A DNA stretch of 63,977 nucleotides, the filler included, from Octopus bimaculoides (Eukaryota), in NCBI RefSeq assembly GCF_001194135.2. It is 5 parts of 5 records of this genome, joined end to end, with 100 filler letters (N's around TTAATTAATTAA, not from the genome) between each part and the next. Parts side by side here need not be neighbours in the genome. Positions count along the whole stretch, not along the records: positions 1 to 14,836 come from NC_068991.1; 4 more parts are not named here. One strand, 5' to 3'. Below the pieces are notes generated by a model that was given only the letters and a program-made list of their open reading frames with translations, ran no database searches and had not been told where the DNA came from. Positions 1-13,448 of this stretch are shown here, piece by piece; the stretch's first letter is position 1, and every line of letters starts with the position of its first letter. A program made the position numbers and the translations under genes.

Positions 1-111
1 CTTTGTAAGCCTAGTACTTATTCTATTGGTGTCTTTTGCTGAACCGCTAAGTTACGAGGACGTAAACACACCAGCATCGGTTGTTAAGCGATGTTGGGGG
101 GACAAACACAC

Positions 112-154
<43 letters not shown>

Positions 155-320
155 CATATATACGACGGACTTCTTTCAGTTTCCGTCTACCAAATCCACT
201 CACAAGGCTTTGGTCGGCCCGAGGCTATAGTAGAAGACATTTGCCCAAGGTGCCACGCAGTGGGACTGAACCCTGAACCATGTGGTTGGTAAGCAAGCTA
301 CTTACCACACAGCCACTCCT
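1..320 (-). mobile_element. tRNA-derived SINE (family 'Y', CORE-like ACCTTGGGCAA motif) with internal (AC)/(AT) microsatellite
   Basis: The reverse complement reads GTGTGGTAAGTAGCTTGCTTACCAACCACATGGTTCAGGGTTCAGTCCCACTGCGTGGCACCTTGGGCAAATGTCTTCTACTATAGCC, a tRNA-like head with a B-box-like segment. Homologous copies recur at ~11720-11980(-), 38950-39235(-), 40530-40649(-), 43090-43230(-), 44490-44890(+) and 54175-54330(+). Confidence 0.8.
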
Positions 321-1007
321 CGATGACGACTGTCGTGACGATTATGAGGAGAAGTTACTAAATGATGACAGAAGCTAGAAAAAGCAGTTACGTGAAGTAA
401 AGGAGAAAAAGAACGAATGACGAGGAAGGAGACGTCTTTAGGATAGTTTTTTTAATTTTCCTCCCATCAGCTGCTTGATCATTTATTAAACTGTGAAACT
501 AATCGAGTTAAAATGGTTTCAAAATGGTGTTTGAACTATCTGAAACGAAATTCACACTGGATACTAGTTCAGATTTTGAACATTAAATGCCTGATATAAA
601 ATCATCAGCAAAAAACGTAATTGCAGATGGCATATACGTCAGCCATGACGAATAACCATAAAAATATAACCTTTATATCTTCAGTATGTTTCAGGACTTG
701 ATACTCATACATCAATATGAAAAACTCTTTTGATATGGATATACAAATCCAGTTTGAATGGAATCGCACAAGCTGCAGCATTTGAGAAACGGAAACGGAC
801 CGTCAACACGATAGGTTTAGTGAAATTCTCAATTAAAAAAATTATGCAAAAATTCTCGATACAGTCAACACCTCTAATAAAAGCAACTTTCTCTATACGG
901 TTTAACTCATAACACGTGTGTTTCAGAAACTAAACTGCGAAAGCGCTTACACACAATACGCAAACTTCTTTCTAAAAAGTTCGTATCAACCTGTTTCTTA
1001 AGATTCC

Positions 1008-1059
<52 letters not shown>

Positions 1060-1116
1060 NNNNNNNNNNNNNNNNNNNNNNNNNNNNNNNNNNNNNNNNN
1101 NNNNNNNNNNNNNNNN

Positions 1117-1349
1117 TAAGCAACAAGGATATCCAGAGGTAATGCAGTACGATCGTTTCATGCAACTCCATTTAATTGAACAATGCAATCATTACATCAA
1201 TTTAAAATGCAGAGCGCTCCTCAGCTGCACAAAGAAATAGAGTTTGTGCAGTTGAGGAGTGCTCTGCCTTTGTTCAATTGCATCGTTCAATTAAATGGAG
1301 TTGCATGAAACGATCGTACTGCATTACTTCTGGATATCCTTGTTGCTTA
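1117..1349. mobile_element. Fold-back / MITE-like palindromic element
   Basis: 73-bp terminal inverted repeats (TAAGCAACAAGGATATCCAG...) with 2 mismatches, plus an inner 25-bp inverted repeat. It begins and ends with TA and has no coding capacity. Confidence 0.75.
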
Positions 1350-1418
1350 TTTTGATATATATATATATATATATTCGATTCAGAAACGTACATCGTGATA
1401 CATTGATAAAGCCTAAAG

Positions 1419-4357
1419 CAGGAGTCATCAGCTTCTTTGCCTTCACAGGTGGGATCGAGTATTAATGACGGATAGCGGGCCGGATGAAGACCATAAAAAA
1501 AATAATAATTATGGAAAATTACACATGCTAAAATTTAATCACGAGTGTTGGCTTTACTTAAAAATAATTTGTATTAACCACAGATGAATGTAGTAATGGA
1601 AAAACATCATTTATTCAATTTACGACATCGTTGGAATCGTTTAAAAAATCTTAAAAATACATAGCAGCCAAAAAATTAATGAGAAACTGTTTTCTGTTCC
1701 TTGAAATCTTCTCAATATTAGTCTTCAAACTTGTTTATGCCAAGAACAAGATATTATCAAGATGATTATTAGTTAATCTTGTTCTCAAATTATTCTTAGT
1801 TTGCTTCAATTTGGAAAATAATTGCTCACACTGATAAGTGCATCCAGACAAAGATGCCATCTTTTTTTTCCTGATTCACTAAGTTGGTATACTTCCCACT
1901 TAGAAAAATATATTTTGCATAGAAATGAATCAACGAAACATCTTTAGAATGAAATTTAGATCTCAATAAGTTGTCACACTGCATATCAATCAATTCCATT
2001 TGAAAACACTCTGGTACTGTCTCCACCTCCACATCAAATGGTGCAACAAACAATTTAAACTGATTTGCATGCAAAGGAAAGTCAGCAAAACGTGATGCAA
2101 ATTCATTTCTCAAATCCTAGATTATATTCACAAATACCTCTGAATCCTACGATATTCTTCCTTCAAATGATGGAAAATGCGCATAATTTTTATTTCGAAG
2201 TTGATTTTCCTACAACTGTAGCTTTTTTTCAAGGGCAACATGGTTATACATTTCATTTACGTGCTGAGTTTTACTTTGAAGTTGTAAATTTAAGTTATTT
2301 AAATGAGTCCCAATAAATGCCAAAGTTATAAGCCAATCAAGACCTCGAAAATGTGAACTGTTCACATGTTTGCTTTCGAGAAATATCGCCACCTCTTTGT
2401 GTAAGGCAAATACTCTTTTTACCATTGATCTTCGGCTAAGCCAGTGTACATCGGAGAAATAAGCAAGGTCACCATATTCTGCCTCAGTATCTAGCAAAAA
2501 CTGTTGAAATTAACGATGATTTAATCCACGAGATAGGCCCAGATTCACGACCTTCACAACAATATCCATAACATTCTTAAATTTCAAAGACTTGACATAC
2601 AATGTCTCTTTATGGATAATGCAATGAATTTGAACAAGTTTATGTGTGATTCCAAGGCTTTCTATATGTTCTTGCAGTAGTGCAACAAAGCTTTTTTTGT
2701 TTTTGTCTTACCATCGCCGGGGCACCATCAGTTGTGATGCCAATTAGCGTCGAAAAATCAAACTTCATTTCTGATATCATTTTCAACAAAGCTTCAAAGA
2801 TGTCTTCTCCGGTTACGGTTTCCTTCATAGGAATTAACTGAATAAATTCTTCAAAGATCTGAAAAGTTGAAGTCACTCCTCGCACAAAGAAGACAGCAAG
2901 TTGTGCAGTGTCACTTAAGTCTGTACTCTCATCGACTGCAAATGAAAAATATTGTAATTCACTACAGGTGTTGATTAATTGATTTTTAACATCTACTGAC
3001 ATTTCTTCAACTCGCCGAGTGACCGTCCTCGGAGACAGACTGATAGTTTCAAATAAAAACTTCTTTCTGGACAAACAATTTGCCAACACTGCCAATAAGC
3101 AGTCTTGAAAAAGATCACCATCTGTAAACGATTTCATCCTTTCATCAATGCGCTTTGAGACTTTATAGCTGGCAATTGTATTTGCCACATTTTCGTCTTT
3201 TCTGTTTTTAAAAAATGACGTTTGTTTTCCAAAACTAGACTTCAACCGCTCAACTTCATCTTTCCATGCTAAAATGTTCACTATGGTGCATCTCGTAATG
3301 TTGCCTAATATTTGCTAACTTATTCACAGCAGTGCTTTCTAGACATGAGACAAATCGGGTTCCCACTATGCTCAAGGAAGGAGTAATCTAATGTCCAAAT
3401 TTTTTGGAAAATTCAGCATCTACCTTTCTTGGTTTTGCTTTCATGGTCATCGACATTTTTCCTAAGAATAAAATTAAAATTTAAATTTAAAATTTTACAT
3501 CTGAATAATTCTATTTTCCTAATGGCAGACCTTTTATTATATTCGAAAGCCTTGTCTCTCATATTACAATTGTAATAATACCAGTTGGTTATGGCTAATG
3601 TGGGTGATGATGATGATAAAGGCGGAAATAGGTAAGCGTATGGTGGCAAGCACAACAAGAAGAAACAAATGAGATTTTAAACGATGACAATAAATGTATT
3701 ATTTGTAAGATACAATAATGAAATGAATCAATATGAATCAATAAAAGTCCCTTGTTGGAGAAGAGATGTGTAATAATATAACAGAACCCAATGAAGAATT
3801 TGAGCACGAGAAAATGAGTGTTTGTAACTTACCGACGGTAGCTGGCGAGGATAAGCTGTTGTCGGTTTCACGAGTCAGAGATGGGTGGAGAGCGGGTCGC
3901 CGTTGACGGAGTGAAGGCAGTACGCCGACTGAGACAACTGTCCTTTCGAGGCAGTATTTTTATGTCCGTCGGCAGGCTCAAGTCGGCTCAACTTTTTGTT
4001 GTATTTTTTATGCGGAAGTGGTGGTGATTGGGTAGAAATGTTTCGGAATTGTATTATTATTATTGTTATTGTTATTATTTTTGTGTTATGTGAATGGAAA
4101 TGATGTGCGGTGCTCTACGTCTGCGACGAATTTTTGTGTTTTTGCTGTCAAAGCGTTCACATCCGGTTGGTAAAGTGAATCAGATTTGTGGAAGAATGTA
4201 ACAGCAAGCCTTTTATTGTATTCGAAAGTCTCGTCTCTCATATTACAATAAATTTTGATTTTAAAGAAACAACTCATTGGGTATCAGTTCTTGCGGGTCG
4301 GTCAACATCTCTTCGCTGACCGCATCCGGCCTGCGGGCCGCAGGTTGTCGACCCCTG
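1419..4357 (-). mobile_element. hAT DNA transposon, Buster/Charlie/SPIN-like, ~2.9 kb, decayed
   Basis: Imperfect TIRs CAGGAGTCATCAGCTT (1419) and revcomp CAGGGGTCGACAACCT (4357). 8-bp flanks GCCTAAAG (1411-1418) and GTTTAAAG (4358-4365) have a central TA, as in Buster-type TSDs. Subterminal GCGGGCCG motifs and an internal transposase are present. Confidence 0.85.
1676..3450 (-). pseudogene. Frameshifted hAT (Buster/GTF2IRD2-like) transposase
   Basis: Pieces in ORFs 2640-3281, 2210-2497 and 1826-2113 and adjacent frames give an N-terminal BED-like finger (..KPICL..NIRQHYEMHH), AVDESTDLSDTAQL, ITTDGAPAM, IHCIIH, VHWLSR and a C-terminal CEQLFSKLKQTKNNLRTRLT. Multiple stops and frameshifts. Confidence 0.9.
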
Positions 4358-4419
4358 GTTTAAAGTATGATATTAAGTTATCAATATAAATATTGAACAG
4401 TGCACCTTCTTACAAACGA

Positions 4420-4445
4420 TGATAATGATGATGATGATGACAATA

Positions 4446-4476
<31 letters not shown>

Positions 4477-4505
4477 CGACGGCGACGACGACGACGACGA
4501 TGACT
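4420..4505. repeat. (GAT)n/(GAC)n trinucleotide microsatellite
   Basis: Direct reading of the sequence. Confidence 0.95.
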
Positions 4506-5494
4506 ATCGTGGTGATAATTTGGAGAAATTTACAAAGTGAGGATGGAAGTGAGAAAAGGAGGCAGGAATTAGCGTAAGATGTAAACATTTTTACTACAAA
4601 ACCTTTACATCATTCTCTCGATAATTAATCATGTGAAGAAATAGCTGCCACAATACTCGTACACGTTCCTCGGCCAATACTTTAGAGATAATGCATATTT
4701 AAATTAAATGGTAATTGTTAATTTTCTTAATTGCTTAAATTATAGGATTTCCTTGTACCTTCTCTATTTATTTGATAAGATATCCTTTTTATTTTTTATT
4801 TTTATTTTTCATATCTCCATTTCCTTATATTCCCTCTTTTATTTTCTTTTTCTTTTTCTGTTTGTTTTTCTGCCTTTGCTTCGCTTTGGTTTAATTTAAT
4901 TTTGTTTTGGATTTATCCTCTTCATTTGGCACTTGTGATATTTACTCCACCACCTTATTTAAGAATCACATCATAGCCTTCCAATTGCAGCTGTAACAAT
5001 GATACCTAGTCCAATAATTTAGGATTACATATAGTCTTAGTCTACTGTTACTTTACCTGTTATAGTTCATTTTTTTATAATCCCTGATTACTAGTTAGAT
5101 TCTAATTGTTAACTATTTTGTTTTTATATGGGTTACTGGTAATCAACTGGATAGTCGTTGATACTTCAAATTTAAAAATAATTAGCAATACCATGACGGC
5201 GTTTTGGTTTGTTCATTTGCAAATGCTTACCTATCATATAAGGTAAATTAAACAAATGATAGATTGATTAGTTGTTTCGGTAACTAATCAATTGGGTAAC
5301 AATAAAGGAGTGAAATTCAACCAGTGCGTGTGTTTATTATTATTGGCTTAATAACCCTTCATATATACAAGATTTGTTTCAACAAACGAATTCTTGATGT
5401 GATCCAGAATCTTGCAAACCAAATATAAAAACGACATATTAATTTTTACAGTAAAAATTGACAATGATATCAGAGCGTGTATGTATATGTATGT

Positions 5495-5497
5495 ACG

Positions 5498-5553
<56 letters not shown>

Positions 5554-5609
5554 CCTGCCTGCCTGTCTGCCTGCCTGTCTGCCTGCCTGCCTGTCTGCCT
5601 GCCTGCCTG

Positions 5610-5673
<64 letters not shown>

Positions 5674-5971
5674 TATCTATGTATATGTATATATATATAT
5701 GCATATATATATATATATGTATATAGCTATATGTATATATATATAGATATATATGTATGTATATGAATATATATATGTAGGCATATATATGTATAAATAT
5801 GTATTTTGTATCTTTATTTGTCTCTTTATTTTGTCTCTTTGTTCCTTTCTGTGGAAGAACGTAGGCTCGAAACGTTAAAGACTTTTTCACTTTCCGAGCG
5901 TTAAATTAATACACCTGTTTGTTGTCTACACCACCTGTCTTCGTCTTCTATTTTTTTTGCAAATTCTCCCT

Positions 5972-6030
<59 letters not shown>
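5495..6030. repeat. Compound microsatellite (ATCT)n-(GCCT)n-(AT)n around a short interspersed repeat
   Basis: Direct reading. It accounts for the YLSI/YIYI ORFs in the track. Confidence 0.9.
5845..5880 (+). ncRNA. Minimal type-I hammerhead-ribozyme-like motif (degenerate, Penelope-associated type)
   Basis: cttt-CTGTGGA-A-GAAC-gtag-GCTC-GAA-ACGT-T-aaag. Stem I is cttt/aaag, stem III is palindromic ACGT and the GAAA core is present. The core has A6>U and one stem II mismatch. Confidence 0.45.
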
Positions 6031-6033
<3 letters not shown>

Positions 6034-6185
6034 CAGTCGGATCGTAGAAAGAGAATGTTGAAATGAATCTAACGGTTTCTTTTGTGCGTTTTTAAATGGC
6101 TTCTAAACACCTTCCATGCTGCAATTGTTTTTGATTTAGCACACTATCTCAGATCAAGTCACTTGCTATGCAAGCACATCTCCTT

Positions 6186-6224
<39 letters not shown>

Positions 6225-7913
6225 CACACATCCATATATTGTATATATGTATGCATACACCTTCCCCACACAGATGTCGTTCTTTGAGGCATGAAAATCT
6301 AATAGAATGATGCTCTAAACGTTCTGGATTTAAAATTTAAAAACACGATATTGGATCCTCCTAAGTTTACGACAGACATTTCGGTTATGATTATAAAATA
6401 ATTCGATTTACTTTACGTCACAGGAGTTGTTGCGTTATATTAACTACAAGACTATATAGACAAGTATATTGCTTCTTGGGGCCTCTCAAAAAAGACAACA
6501 TATTTATGATATATATGTATGAATAAATATCTACTAGAAACATAATTATGACCAGAATATTTACGTTAATATGCAGAGGTCGACAGATAGTTAGTCATCT
6601 ACGTGTGTCCCTGTGTTTAGTGTTCATGATATATATGTCTGAATACGTTTAGGAAAAAAATCAATAAAAATGATAGCGATGTAGGAAAATATATTATAAC
6701 AGAAAAACCAATGCAGTTTTAGTAGAATTGGCTTGTTATCTTCTGCATAGATTAAAATAGTTTCGACTTGAAAACATGACCAGATATACTTAATGTATAA
6801 TATTTTCATATGCAATAGCGTATTCATACATACTTACATATATGTACTAGAATACACATGTACAAATATGCGAATAAACTAAACGCGCCAATGTGAATAT
6901 ATCCATTACACACATTTATGAGATACATACAACCTCTAATATGGTCGCGTGCACGCATACACACACATACATAGAAATATATATACATACACATACACCC
7001 GTACACAGAAAAATATATACACAACTATTTACATACGAGAGTAAGTGATAATTTGGTAATGTTATGTGTTTGTGTGTGTGTGTTTGTGCGTATGTGTGTT
7101 TTTGTATGTGTATGTGTTTGTTTGTTTGTGTATGTGTTTGGTGTGTGTATGTGTGAGTACTGTATACGTGCTTGTATGTATGCATGTATGAGGGTGGGCT
7201 AAAAAGTTCATAGACTGACTATGAAGGAGTGATGCTAGAGATGTGAAATCTTACATGTAGTAATTTCACCACCTCTTATCAGTAAGTGCATTCTTTCTTC
7301 CCAAGTAGATATCTGTCTGTTCAAAGAAGATTTCAAAAGTAACTAGTAGCAACTTCTCTGGTTGACCACCTTCCTGTATTCTCCTGATTTGGCCCTAACT
7401 GGCTATCATCTGTTCACATACATGAAAAAACCCTTGCCTTGATGTCATATCAAACTGATGTCATATCTACTGTTGCGCGACGGGAGGAAAGCATCTTCAC
7501 TAATGGGATCCAAGGACTGTGACAGCAATTGCAAAAGTGCGTGTACTACAAAGTGTATACTGAAAAATAAACCTGATTTGGTGACAGTCCATAAGAGTGC
7601 TTTGGTTAGCCGACATTCATATGCATATATGCATGTGTGAAAGCATAGATGTGTGTGTGTATATATATAAGTATATANNNNNNNNNNNNNNNNNNNNNNN
7701 NNNNNNNNNNNNNNNNNNNNNNNNNNNNNNNNNNNNNNNNNNNNNNNNNNNNNNNNNNNNNNNNNNNNNNNNNNNNNNNNNNNNNNNNNNNNNNNNNNNN
7801 NNNNNNNNNNNNNNNNNNNNNNNNNNNNNNNNNNNNNNNNNNNNNNNNNNNNNNNNNNNNNNNNNNNNNNNNNNNNNNNNNNNNNNNNNNNNNATATATA
7901 TATATATATATAT

Positions 7914-8750
7914 ATACTAACTGACGTATCCGGTAAATACCCGAGAAAGCGGGGCTTATCCCTTGGGTCCGTTCTCATAATTATTTCACTAATCCAATAA
8001 CAACAATACAAAATATTTAGCCCCTGAAACGGTTTTTGTGCACTTACAGAGAATATCGAACTGTCTTACACAAGATCTTGTTTTTAGGAATTCCCAATAA
8101 GTTATGTATTCCAAAATTGTGAAGTCAGTTATGTAATAACATGAAATTAGTTACCCGATTGTAAGAATTCAAATAAAGTAGCCCCGAAAAGGGCTTTAAT
8201 GCATTACCAGAGTATATAGAACATAGAAGGAAATGCTAATAAGGTATGCATACAAAAATCGTGAAACATGTTACGTAATAATAGGATAATCAGATATGAG
8301 ATAATAACAATTCAAAGTAAATAACTCTGAAAAGGGCTTTTATCCATTCCTAGAGGATGTTACCCTCAGGGGCAGTAGTGTTGGTATATTCGTGAATAAG
8401 TCACTAACCGAAAGAAGTGGAAAATACTATTTACTTGTTTAAGGGTTGTACTGGATAAATTGCGAAAATAACTCTAACAGTTCAAATACTAAGAAATAAG
8501 CATACTCAATTTCATTTTTACCAAATAATTTAGGAAAATGAATGGGTTATTTCCCTTGGCTATATAGAAGGATCCCTTCCAGGTGCACTATTTTCGATTT
8601 TTTTTTCAACAATCTGAGTATGCCATGAGGTTTCCAGACATGAATTCTACTCACGTATCAAGTTTCATCAAAATCGCTAAAACGATGTAGGTGGAGTGTT
8701 AGCTAACAACACAAACACACACACACAGAATTTCCCATATATGTAGTAGA
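7914..8750. mobile_element. Possible Helentron-associated non-autonomous element (HINE-like)
   Basis: Starts TATACTAACTGA. Ends with AAGTTTCATCAAAATCG, an (AC) tract and ...TATATGTAGTAGAT, and sits in (AT)n. This is a resemblance to HINE/DINE-type architecture only. Confidence 0.4.
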
Positions 8751-9677
8751 TGTATATATATANNNNNNNNNNNNNNNNNNNNNNNNNNNNNNNNNNNNNN
8801 NNNNNNNNNNNNNNNNNNNNNNNNNNNNNNNNNNNNNNNNNNNNNNNNNNNNNNNNNNNNNNNNNNNNNNNNNNNNNNNNNNNNNNNNNNNNNNNNNNNN
8901 NNNNNNNNNNNNNNNNNNNNNNNNNNNNNNNNNNNNNNNNNNNNNNNNNNNNNNNNNNNNNNNNNNNNNNNNNNNNNNNNNNNNNNNNNNNNNNNNNNNN
9001 NNNNNNNNNNNNNNNNNNNNNNNNNNNNNNNNNNNNNNNNNNNNNNNNNNNNNNNNNNNNNNNNNNNNNNNNNNNNNNNNNNNNNNNNNNNNNNNNNNNN
9101 NNNNNNNNNNNNNNNNNNNNNNNNNNNNNNNNNNNNNNNNNNNNNNNNNNNNNNNNNNNNNNNNNNNNNNNNNNNNNNNNNNNNNNNNNNNNNNNNNNNN
9201 NNNNNNNNNNNNNNNNNNNNNNNNNNNNNNNNNNNNNNNNNNNNNNNNNNNNNNNNNNNNNNNNNNNNNNNNNNNNNNNNNNNNNNNNNNNNNNNNNNNN
9301 NNNNNNNNNNNNNNNNNNNNNNNNNNNNNNNNNNNNNNNNNNNNNNTATATATATATATATATATTCATATATGTATGTATATGTGTATGAATACATATG
9401 ATTATGTATGTACGCATGTGTGAACGCATGCATGTATTTATGTAAGTACGTATGTACTTACGTAGTGTACTTGTGTATGCACGTTTGCATGTACGGACAT
9501 ACATACATAGATATATACATACATAAATATATACATATAAACATACGTACATATGTAGAAACACACATACGTACGCATGTATGTACGTAGATCGTATGTA
9601 CGTATGTATGTACATACGAACGTATTATATATGTATGTATGTACGTACATGCATGCATACATACCTACATACATACA

Positions 9678-9709
<32 letters not shown>

Positions 9710-10119
9710 CACAGGCAGCTACATACCCGGCACGCTTAGTGTTGGAGATTAATTAACTTCACTGTCACTTGCTTCAGCCAGAGGCTGTGGCCTTGCTGGG
9801 GCACCGTCATTAGTGCGATTATGTATTAACGAATTTACGCTAAATTTCATCCTCAATATAAATGGCACAACTATCATCCTGGTTATTGTTCTGCTCGCAT
9901 TCATTGAAGAAACATTTTTATTAACGATCTTTGAATTCACCATGTAGAGATTTTGCCACAAGCAACATGGCTGCATGTGACATCATCAGTAACAAAGTGA
10001 TGAACAGAAGAAAACCAATACCGAGAAAGGTAAAGAGAAGCTTATTAGTTGCAGCTATGGAAGCGGCTGAAATTATCAAATTCTTAATTTATTTATATAT
10101 TTGATCTATTCTGTCGGCC

Positions 10120-10531
10120 AGTCCATCCATCCATCCATCCATCCATTTATGCATCTGGTCATTCTATCCATCCATCTATGTACCTGGTCAATCAATCCAT
10201 CCATCCATTTATGCATCTGGTCATTCTATCCATCCATCTATGTATCTGGTCAATCAATCCATCCATCCATTTATGCATCTCGTCATTCTATCCATCCATC
10301 TATGTATCTGGTCAATCAATCCATCCATCCATTTATGCATCTGGTCATTCTATCNNNNNNNNNNCTGGTCATTCTATCCATCCATCTATGTATCTGGTCA
10401 ATCAATCCATCCATCCATTTATGCATCTCGTCATTCTATCCATCCATCTATGTATCTGGTCAATGCATCCATCCATCCATCCATCCATCCATCCATCCAT
10501 CCATCCATCCATCCATCCATCCATCCATCCA
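10120..10531. repeat. 62-bp minisatellite built from (TCCA)n, ~5-6 units, ending in pure (CCAT)n
   Basis: Unit ATCTGGTCATTCTATCCATCCATCTATGTATCTGGTCAATCAATCCATCCATCCATTTATGC repeats head-to-tail, with a 10-N gap inside. Confidence 0.9.
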
Positions 10532-11824
10532 TTCAAGAAAAATAATTTACAAGTAACTCAGTGAAAATGAATCAGAAGACTGGAAATATGAGTTGACAGT
10601 CAATATATGTCATAGAAGCTTCACATGAAGATACGAATTTCTACTAGCACACATTGACGCTTGTCCTACAGTATTGTATTGCAATTACAATTCGTCACTC
10701 GCCGACAGATGTGAGTAACTAAGATCAATCGAAATACTAATACACAATCAAAATAGATTATCTTTCTGCAAAAGAACGCCGAGAGATTACGAGACAAACA
10801 TCAGGCAATCGGATACTCTCATTAGATGAAAAACTAATAATGAATTCACGAATCACCAGCTGCAACATTGTGATAAGATGCTCAAATTCAACAAAGAACT
10901 GCTGGTGGGAATTACAAGTAAATTAATAGCATTTGAAAATAGGATCTACATTCAGTAAGCCAAAAGTTTTGGTTCCGTAGAAAATTACAAGAACATAGGA
11001 CTGTGAACGACAAGTTTGTTCTAAACAAACAATATATCGCAACACGAAACACCATCACATTAGAGTAGTAAATATTTTCATGTGGGATGATCTGGTGTCA
11101 TTCGATGGAAGGAAGGATCCAGAATATAAATAAGCAACAATTTCGATATATTAGGGTTAAATAAATAGCGGGGACAGAAATTTGTGTAAACTCTCCTAAA
11201 ACATATAACTTAACTTACAAAATCTACTGAACGGGAAAAATCAACTGCTAGACCTGATCCGGTCTAGTTGTACCTGTTAGCAGCTGAANNNNNNNNNNGA
11301 TCCCTAGTTCTCGTTAGAACTTTTTTCTAGGGCAAGGTAAACTCGCATAAAAAAAACCCAAAAAAAAAACAAGACAAAACAAAAAAAACAAAACTATCCG
11401 AAGTGCAGTTGGCTTCTGCTAGTGGTTTTATAGCTGATTGGGCTAATAAATGGGTTCAGTGGGGGTACGAAACTTTAACCACTGAAAACAAATTCATACA
11501 CAGGGAATTCCTGGTCTCCTGAAACATCTGCACGGACTTAGCGAGTTTAGGAAGATGTCTTACTCGGTCACGAGTTGAGTTTACTTCTACCATATGTATG
11601 CGCGCACGCGCGTCTTCCCTCATTTTACTTGCTTTAGTCATTTGACGGCGCTCATAATGAGGGACCGCCTTGAAGAATTTTAGTCAAGAATATCGACCCC
11701 CAGGACTTTTTAAAACACCTGTTATGTGTTCTGTTGGAATCTTTTGCCGAACTGCTTGGTTATACGGACATAAACATGCCAACACCTGTTGTCAAGCGGT
11801 GGTTGGGGACAAATATTGACACCA

Positions 11825-11859
<35 letters not shown>

Positions 11860-12875
11860 TTAATACATAAACATAAATGACAGGGTTCTTTCAGTTTCCG
11901 TCAACCAAACCCACTCACAAGGCCCTGATCTGCCTGAGGCGCTATAGTAGAAGACACGCAGTAGGACTGAACCCGTAACCCCGCCCCTACATACATATAG
12001 TCGCTGGGAATGTATTAGCAGGGAATGTTACGTACTCAAGCAAATGATTACATCATGCATTTATTTATTTGTATACGCAATTGTCCATAAAAGTACTCTC
12101 CTTACATCTAATTTTGTGTATTTGCCTTTTTTTTAACTTTCATATCCGCTCCACGAAGATCAGCCTTGAAGCCGGTCTCCTACACTGGAACTATCTAGGT
12201 TGGCTGAACACATTGGTGTTTAAGTTTCGGATTTATCCGAGCACTATTTGGTGACTATCTATACCAAGCTAGCTTTAGCATTCTTCCACACACACACACA
12301 AACACACAGACACGCAGACACACATAGACGCGTACACACACTCCCACATCTCTATCAATCTGTCTCTCTCTCTATACATAGAGAGAGACAGAGAGAAAGA
12401 GAAAGAGATAGGGAGATAGAGATGTGCATGTATACTCACACATACACACATACACACGTGTGTGTCTTTATCATTCCATTTAGGTATAGGAATACTAATA
12501 ATCAGTAGTACACATATGCTTTGCAGTAAAACATCAGGAGTCTACAGAGAGAAATATCCATTAGTCAATGACGCAAGAATAGGAGTTACATAATATCTTC
12601 TAAATATATAACCGTTAAATGCAACAGAAGCAATGTTAGATTAAATTAGATATCTGTGTATCGTACTAAATATAAATACATCGCGAAGGGCAAATTTAAT
12701 GCATTTGTTCTGAGATGATATCATATCTCTTACGGACGTGTTGTGTTTTTAAACACAAAATACATCAAAGGAAGACGAAAATTGTCTGAGAATGCAAGAG
12801 GCATTTCTTCCTCATTGAGCGTTGCACACATACGAACAAACACATACATACATACACACGCGCGGGTGCGGATGC

Positions 12876-13365
12876 CTCCAGCTTCGGTGTCTGGATTACA
12901 AATGTACATTCATACCAATAATAATTGGACTACTTGGTTTTGTAAGCAAATGCTTAACTGTCTGGTTGAGATTGTATTTTCAGAAAAAGAAATCAGCCAA
13001 CTGACTTGCACATTACAAATACAATCTGTGAGCGGAACAGTAAAGCTATGCAAGGCTTTTCTCAGGTTTAATATGTGATATTGTTTTCATTCTTTATTTT
13101 CCTTTGTATCTTTGTTAGAAATCAGATCCTTCTTCAAAGGAAGAATTTAAATAATTGTAAACAGAAGAGAAACATACATACACACACGTGCGCACGTGTA
13201 TATACACACATTAAATCATATTCACAAAATTAGCAATTCCCGGAAGTGTCTCGACTGATCAAAATAGCTTTGTTACTTTCTTATCGACCGGTTTGAATCC
13301 TACGAAAAAGAAAACGAACATATATAAGTGCATGCATACATACATACATACACACATACATACAC

Positions 13366-13448
<83 letters not shown>

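Noticed and set aside
5412-9698. Long ORFs rich in YI/YLSI/HT/CV repeats (also 13259-14884, 46910-50378, 56124-56569, 61079-62328)
   Set aside because: They are translations of microsatellites and N runs, not proteins.
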